Assembly (NCBI GenBank): GCA_040954595.2
Contig: CM082576.2
Span: forward strand, 8,125,129 to 8,189,128
DNA from: Balanoglossus misakiensis
Taxonomy: Eukaryota; Animalia; Hemichordata
Reading direction: 5' to 3'
DNA length: 64,000 bases
The position numbers and the translations under genes were made by a program. Positions 55,823-64,000 of the stretch are shown in pieces; position 1 is the first letter of the stretch; every line of letters begins with the position of its first letter. Under the pieces are notes generated by a model that did no database searches, was not told the DNA's origin, and worked only from the letters and a program-made list of their open reading frames with translations.

Positions 55823-58800
55823 TGTTTTATGTCATAAATTCGCTGTATAATACACCGCGTTTGGGCATCAATGTTTAATGTTAAGATCCCACGCTGCAAT
55901 AAAATTGTACCATTGCACTGACTGTACGTACAGAAACACTCAGAATTTTGAATACATTTCCACTTTGATATTATCTACTGTGTTATTGCAACGATAACAA
56001 AAACAACGTCATAAATTTATTGCAAAAAAAATGACGGAAACAACAAAGTCATAAAAATCCGAAACATGGCGAATAAAGAGATTATTTCTACATAGCTTTT
56101 CATTACAGATAATACCACCATCAACCTAGTGTACAAACATAATCAAATTAAATGACATTCAATAATCGGTTTGTTTTATAGAATAAAGCGGTTGTTTCTC
56201 TTTGATGGGCCGACGAGGCGACAATGATGATATTAGGTGTATCACTATAAAATATACGGCCCATCCCGCGCCAGTATTCACGGCCATGTATACTCGTGGG
56301 GAGCAACACCCGGTCAACACCTGGTCATCACATGTCGCCAGATTGCACATGTTGTCAGAAAACTCGATTTCGCTGTTGCTCAGAACTTTGCAGCGCTGTA
56401 TATCAAAAGGAAAAGGCCGTTAAAACCAAGATGAACTTGAAGCGCTTATAGAAGTGTTACACAGTAAAAAGAAGTGCTGCAGTTAATTAGATAAAATGCA
56501 ATGATATATAGATGCCATCAATCAAATTAATGAAACCGTGGATTCGCATATTCTCTTTTGACGCTGCAAGGTGTTACACGAACAATATAGTTGTGATCCA
56601 TCATAATTATTTTCAGAGTTTCGTGTATCCCTTTGTGCTTGCTAAAGCACATTGAAAGACTTTGAACTAGTGCGCACGGTTCGCATGGTCATGCATTACG
56701 GCTGTTACAAAATGAATTTAAGTCCGGACGTGAAAAGATTTCAACACCTTATAATTTACCGCCTTGTAATAACTGCCCGTGTACGTGACTACAGTTCTGC
56801 AAAGGCGTTCTAACAAGATTTAGCTTGATCGTGACTGCATGCGTGTCAAAATGTCGTTAAGCCCGTCATAAGTCCCCCACTGTCTTCCTAAGAGTGACTT
56901 TAATACATAAAGAGACGAAAAAATATCTGCCCATCGCGCTTTCCTGCACGCAAGTTTCGCAAGGAAATGGTTAATAACTTAATGCTTCTATATTCATCCT
57001 GAAAATGACCCACAAGCATTTTCAAGGTCAGATCTGCAAGTTAAATGGCACAGAAAATGTGGGCAATGATGCCTTTCAATATACCGTTCTTTATGAACAT
57101 CAGCATCGTAGTTTTGTCCAGAGAGAATATACATATTATGATACGTTGCCATAGGAACCGATCCTATTCAAAATGTTCGGCTGAACTATATGCTGATACT
57201 AGCTGTTCATGTTGTCATAGCGGTTCAAAGGACATTAGTAACAGTATATTTGACATGCATGGCTAAACTAGCAATTATCAGTGTGACACCTTGTGTACTA
57301 TAGGGATTTGATGACAACTCATTGAGAAAATATTACCGGGGTAAGAAGCTAAAATGTACGTAACAAAGCTCAGGAGAACATTCCTTAAGAGCATTGAGGG
57401 TAAAGATTTGTGCTTGCCAAATAAGCATATATTGAAGCACTGAACATTAAATGTTTTATCTGGCTCTTGAACTTTTACCAAGAAAGAAAATTATTGCATC
57501 TTAGACTTGTCACCAGGTGATGCTACAAGTCACTGACAAGTAATTTCATACAACTGTTAACCTTTATTTGTTGTTGAAGAGTCGTGCGATTTTCTCCCAA
57601 GATGATGTTGCCAGTGCATTGCGATAAAACCGCCTTTTCTGGGGTCCCACCGTCGAGATGAGTGCCTCTATTCAGTTTCAGCCACCCACCGGTTGCGCTG
57701 ATACGTTTTGTCAAGATACGTGCCGACGAAGAATGCTCAAGTTCCCCGCTCCTCAAGAGATTACTGGACGCTGGGGGCCCGTCCTTTGTGGAGTCATTTC
57801 CCGGGAGTCGTGTAGTCGTCACAACTGTTCCCTCCTGAGTTGCACTCGTCCATACGATACGATATCGTGATATAAAGGGTTGTGAAAGATTATGCCTGCG
57901 GTCCGAAGGTTATGAGGATATGTGCCATCGACGTATATCATTTCAATGGTCTCCAAGGTTCCTGCCTGGCGTCTAAACGTCCAAACCCCGCCAATTAACA
58001 CACACATTGACTCTGCTACAGAAAGATTCGTATTCTTACATTTCAAACTGTTCAAAATGATCTAGAGTCTCGGAACAGAAATCTGAATACATGTATCAGA
58101 TATTGACATGACATCCAGGAAGACATCAGACAGCGACTCAAAACACACATTTTAAAAAGCTTTCGCCTGCGACACATTCCTTCGTTCTCCTTGTCAGCTC
58201 AGCCGTATTTTTATATGATTTTGACGTAATATTAAACACTAATAGACGCACGATGAAAGACTTGTTTTTTGCATTTACTATCCTACACAGTGTCGTGACC
58301 ATGATTCAAAAGAAAGGTACACAATTTCAAAAGACTGCAATTACCCGGCAGTCAGTAAAAGGCTGTGATGTACATCCACCCTTTGTATTCACTCAGCGCC
58401 TGAAGTAAATTACAGTTTAAACAGCAGTATCAACAGTTTTATTTGACAGATATTTTACTGCCCAGACGCTATTCATTTTAGTAAGTGACCCCGGGTGCCG
58501 GGCTATTGTCAAAATTCCAGGCACTGTACACAACGTGGAATAAAAGATGATTATGCAAAGAGCGAACTGACATTGCATATGGGTTCTTATGGCAAATAGA
58601 TGGATATGAATATTTTTTTTACAAATGAACCAATTACACAATATGCGACGGGGCCGTCAGCAGCAAACATACACTCAATTTGACTTTTTCTATAGTAATC
58701 AGATAGAAAAGAAATGCTTACATTTGCAATAACGATGCTCATGGCACAGAGGCTGCAGTAGAGACAGACAATGTGTGGCATGGAAACAGTCAGACGCTGT

Positions 58801-60308
58801 TCATTAAAACCTGGTGATCGAGGGGCAACGACCCGCGGCCATCGCATATTTCTATTTTTGAGAGTGAAAGGCAAAGCGCATTTATCATCCGAGCATCGTC
58901 ATGTAGACGGCAACGAGAGATGGCAAACTCTTTGAGTCGTGTTTATTTTAAATTTGAAATATAGGAGTCTCCCTGACGCCCTAGTGCATAAAATATTGTC
59001 CTGAAAACTGTTTAAGTATAAAACACATGAAAATGAAAAATAGAAGTATTCCTTTAATTTGGCCTCATCATGGGGGTTTATGGAAATGTGTTCTGGTAAC
59101 GAGAGAAATAAAATAAGAAACGCACGTAACCTTGAACTACGCTTATCCCCTCTCCATTTATTAAATCGACTGTTGAGAAACAATCAAACCTTCATAAAAA
59201 TACTGAGAAATCGATGATTGCAACATGTGTAATGGATAAACATTACCCAGTCGAAATCATCTTACATAACATTAATCATTATTTCGTCAGTCATTTGAAC
59301 TCTATTTACCAATCGATTTGAAAAAAGAGAAGGCGGTTAAACTCCGCATCGCACAAGAGAACGTATTACGCATAAAATTGAACATTTATCAAAAATCGAT
59401 AAGGCACACAGACAGTGCGTTTGTTGTGCAGCGCGTGACATTATTTTAACCGAATTGTAGATAAGGTTTTCTCAAAGAGCACGGGTCGTTTGCCGGAAGA
59501 AAGAATCTTAAGTAGATTTCTCTAAATACCATGTTTGGTAAATTGACATAATAATGTCAGGGTATGTTTCCTTGCACGTGGATGCAAAAACTATACGTAA
59601 CTGTGCGTAACGACATTGAGTGACTCGTGTGTAAAGAAAAACCCAGATAATAATGCAAAAAGTGATGTTCCATCCATATATTGCCCCAATTCTTTGATTA
59701 TTATTCAAATTGTTCTTGTGGAGACGGATAACAGGAAATGTATTAGTGCTCCCGTGTAAAATTCCAAAGCAAGTTAAAGATTACCCCTGTTTAATGTACA
59801 CACACGCGTTTTACGCTATTCGCTTTAATGCGACACCGTCCCCCCCCCCTCCCCCGATAGATTGTTTTCACTTTTCGGTGTTTCTTTTTCGTTTCTTATA
59901 CACCGAATAAGTTGTGTACAAAACTGAATTGTAAATGTAGAGTGTTTATTTGCGGGGAGAATCCTGGCCCGCAGGATAATTAGCCAAATCCGTAAAAAAT
60001 CTGAATGTGAGAAAATATATCATAAATTTACATCAGACGATAATGATATAATTCGTGATGTACCAATTTTTCAAGACATACATCTGTTTCATCACGTTAG
60101 TCCACAATCCCTATGTAGTAGAGGGACTGTGGTAAGTCTATTGCTTCGAACTTGTTGAAAGTCGACCTTTTAGACATCGACGACTGTAGCTGTCACTTCT
60201 TTAACCCAGAGCGATTGCAATCCTGTCCACTGTCGATACGACGTGCTCTCAAGGTCAGCGCAACTGGCAGTGTTAAAATACTTTCGGATAAGGCGTCCAA
60301 GAGTTTGA

Positions 60309-61418
60309 TTATGATCTTTCCGTCTTCCCTTGATGATTGTCGGTGTACGTTTCTGAAATGCTGACCACGGTCGTCGTCGTATTTCCCGTCAGTAGCCAGC
60401 GGCACGCCACGCAGTAGACAAGCCGACGGTACGCCCGGCGGAACTGCGGGTTCGTCATGCCGTAGATGATGGGGTTGATGGCGCTGTTGGCGAACCAGAG
60501 CGCGCCCAGTCCGAACGGCGCGTCTTGCGTTGGTAGGGCGACGGTGGCGAAGATGTGCGGGACGAGGAAAATGATGTAGACCACCAGCACGAGCAAGAGC
60601 GCCCGCGTGACAGCGATCTCCCTGGGAGACACGCTTGTCGTGGCCGTCGTCGACGTCGACTGTATCTGCCTTCTCGCCTGTCGTATTCGCTGCCAGATTT
60701 TGAAGTAGGAGAAGGAAATGGCGGGAAAAGGCACGACAAAAGCGACCACGAATCCGATAACCATGAAGTATATCCCGCTGCCGTACTTGTCGAAGAGGCA
60801 AAGTTGCTCTCGTCGAAGGTAGTAGTACCGCGAGAACGAGAAAAAGGGAATACTGCTTACCGCAACACCGTATACGTTAACCAAGACGCCCATTATGTAG
60901 GTGTTCCTCGTGGAAAACATCTTATTGTACACAGATTTCTTGCACACGCACGTGTATCTGTTCACAGCTATAATCGTCATGCAAGCGATGGACGAAATGG
61001 AGGTGGACACCATCAGGAAACCGAAGGCCTTGCAAATCCAGTTGCCGTCGACGCCTTCCTTCGGATACCCGAACACCCTGCCGTTGGTGATGAACGCCAC
61101 GGTCAGCGTGACCGGCAGGAAAGAGCAGCATATGAGGTCGGAGACACACAGGCAGCCGATGAGGATGTTCGACGGGCGCCGAAGGTACTTGTACTTCAGC
61201 AGGCTCGCCATCACCAGTATGTTGCCCACCGTGCCCACCATGGCAACCACCACCAAGAAAGCGGCTCCCAGCGCCCGCTGAACGAGGCTCGGCGGCAGCG
61301 GCGTTGACCCTACGGCGTCGTCCGTCAGGTTGGCGCCGTATTCCGTGAACGAGATGCTCGGCCCGAGTGAGTAGAGTTCGTTTTGGGAAATGTTGAAAGC
61401 GGCCATCATGTCAAACAT
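60309..61418 (-). CDS. Intronless class A (rhodopsin-like) GPCR, melatonin-receptor/Tre1/Moody-like, 369 aa
   Basis: Seven hydrophobic segments; GTVGNILV, SNILIGCLCVSDL, TM3 Cys and IAVNRY, ECL2 Cys, TM5 P..I.FSY..I, ANSAINPIIYGMTNPQFRRAY; N-terminal glycosylation sequons. Confidence 0.92.
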   Translation of the reverse strand: MFDMMAAFNISQNELYSLGPSISFTEYGANLTDDAVGSTPLPPSLVQRALGAAFLVVVAMVGTVGNILVMASLLKYKYLRRPSNILIGCLCVSDLICCSFLPVTLTVAFITNGRVFGYPKEGVDGNWICKAFGFLMVSTSISSIACMTIIAVNRYTCVCKKSVYNKMFSTRNTYIMGVLVNVYGVAVSSIPFFSFSRYYYLRREQLCLFDKYGSGIYFMVIGFVVAFVVPFPAISFSYFKIWQRIRQARRQIQSTSTTATTSVSPREIAVTRALLLVLVVYIIFLVPHIFATVALPTQDAPFGLGALWFANSAINPIIYGMTNPQFRRAYRRLVYCVACRWLLTGNTTTTVVSISETYTDNHQGKTERS

Positions 61419-64000
61419 ATAGAGAAGCAGGTCCTCAAAGAAATGTTCCTTATTTCACGGCTCGCTCTTGCATCGCTCCACTGCAGAAGCAATCCGACGC
61501 GGGAGGAATCTTCACAAACAGGGTATCCGTATCGCAACTGACGTAGTTTGAGACACCGCGGTGTTCCTCCAGGCAGCAACACACGTGGTTATGATGACGT
61601 GTGCAGTGCTTTAAATAAAAACCCGAGCGCGACGGAAGCGGCCTTAATAGTTGACTTCTCAGCTTGTGTGAAACCGATTCCAACTGACTCGAATCCCCAT
61701 AATAGCTCTCGGCGAATGATTACTACTCAATTACGTGAAGGAAGGTTGGGCGGGCACGTTTGAAGTCTTGCATGAAAACCAGTCAGTGTCTCGTTCCGAA
61801 CTCTCTGTCTCGTATTTAAAAAACGACGGCGTTTATGTTTATGATCAATTTCTCCAGATGCAGTTAATGATGATGAGATATTTCAGTTTCTCTTTTTTTT
61901 TCAGTCCAGTTCACGATTTTCCACCAGGCGGACAAGGACGCGAGTCGCACTTAATTGCAAGGAGCAATTTTGCTTTCCCCAAAGTCGCCAGCAATATCAA
62001 ATGGGTGAGCTGACTCGGGTACGGTTGCATTCGCAAAAATACCGGGTCGGTAGCTCTGACCTGATAAAAGAAATTCGCATCAGGTGTTCAGAGGGAAGTA
62101 AGTACGTGTACCTTTTATCCGATGTATTCCGGTGTAGAATGGTTCTGAAATTCGCTGACAGTCTTCAATATCTGCAAGTGCCGTCCAACGATACTGGTTA
62201 CAGACACTGTAAGAACCCGGTTCGCTCAGTTTGCGGACAGGTGTTGTGGTCTCCACAGTCATCGACGCAGAATGAGTCAATTGGCCAGGTTTTCCCTATT
62301 CTATAGCGTAAAGAAGGACGAATGTAGACTCCCCAAGTGTAGAGAAAGTTGCGACTGAAAGACTCCCTAAGCCCCTGTTTCGTTGACACTTGCACACCAA
62401 TCACGTGCAATGTGGTCTAATATTTTTGATTCTTATGCGTTTTGTCTATGATCAGCATTGGGCCAATGAAATGCTCGATTTGCGCATGGTCAGTGGGTTT
62501 CAAGAATACCGGAAATGAAAAGCGACAAGCACAACAAGAATATATACAGTCTCACTTGTTCATCCTTGAAAACGACACAAAACCACCATATACCCTCCCC
62601 CTCCCTCCACACACACCACCACCACCACCGCCGACTTGTTTTATTCGAGTAGTGGTTGCACAGCCATACATTATACAGTGGCGTGTAAATTTATGTTGCA
62701 GAATCACTCAACAAAATGTCGGTAAATCATTCTCCGCATTAATACAGAGCGGAGATGCTGTGGCCCATCAGCCGTGAAACGAGAAGAATACACTTCTGAT
62801 TTTATCGACAACCTGGAGGAGAGAAACGCCTTCCGCAATAAGCGATGAAATGGAGCGGACAAGTGGACGATTTACTCCGGCCCCTGGAATCCATAGCGCC
62901 CAAAGCGGGGCAACTCGCACGCGAAGAAGTTGGTGCGCGCGCGAGGCAGTCGAGAATAGACGCGATGTTTTCTGATTCCCTTCTCTGAAAATAGCAGCAG
63001 ACCTTTCAGTCAGTGAAAAGAGACACGCACCACTCTATGATAACATATCACTATAAGATCATTTCGCTGACGAATCGACTGCAGAATTGGAATTAGTACT
63101 TTATACTTGATTGATGTGCTTTCACGTTGTCGACTCACACGTCGGATTTATTACGAAACACATTTAAGCTCTTCGGTGATCAGATGCGGCTAGTTGCCGT
63201 TTCCAATAATCTTCTTTTGAATTGCAATTACTTTTTCATGATTTCCTGATTGAATCGTTTTCAAGTTGTGTGGCAGGCTCCGGCGCCGGTACATGTACTT
63301 TTAATGGATTGAATGTTTCTGTAGGTCTAGTACGCCTTTTTCACGAATTTATGACTTCGGTTGGAGTGGAAGGGCGTTGTCCCGGCATCTGCAGGTCATA
63401 TTAGAAGCTTGGTTGCCGAACATGTCAAGTTATTAAAAGTGGCATATGTTATGTGCAGCTGAACCTTTGTTTCCCTTTCTGTTTACGAAATTCAATAAAC
63501 AGTTCAGAGCACAGAGAAAAATTCGAGTTAACCAGCAGAAATTCGTCAAACCCACATACTTGCCTTCTACGGCAGATTAACCAGGGTTTGTCATTAAAGG
63601 TAGCCATACGTTGATATTTGCAGGCGGATGTAACTGTATGAGCATGTCTCCCAAAATAAATGTCATTTGCCACGCAGGGCAGGGTACGAGAAGTAATTCG
63701 ACCAGAATTATTTGCCGGGGTTTGCTTCATGATAAAAACTCAAAACAGCATCACGATGAAGACAACATAAGTTAATCGTGATAACTCGACCAGTACATGC
63801 ACGGAATCTGCTCGCTGATTTTGTTGACACGTGACTAAACGGTGGAGTGATAGGTGTGTTCATGCGCTTGTTAGAACTTAGATGTTGTGTAATTTACGAC
63901 AGGTTAGTGTTTACTTGTCAACGTTCTAACCCCATTATATACGTGTCCAGTTAAACGTCGCTGTCCATTCTTTATGGTGCACGAGGAGAATAAAATGTAA

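Overview
Eukaryotic, intron-containing DNA, most likely from a marine invertebrate animal. Positions 1-9 kb are non-coding with long microsatellites. A compact gene block follows: GDPGP1 (+), BABAM2/BRE (-) head-to-head with DDX28 (+), TRMT5 (+) and NPC2 (+). At 30.3-39.1 kb lies the most unusual locus. Four shared 5' exons, carrying a possible ERH-like domain, end in a phase-0 donor that can splice to either a BEN-domain terminal module or a catalytically dead Crypton-derived DUF3504 module. A very recent 1,883-bp tandem duplication has created a third, in-frame chimeric DUF3504-N/BEN module. About 21 kb of gene-poor DNA follows, containing a non-autonomous Kolobok-like transposon with a THAP remnant, then an intronless melatonin/Tre1-like class A GPCR (-). 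All exon models were built by hand from splice signals and reading frame. Family assignments are by motif recognition, not database search.
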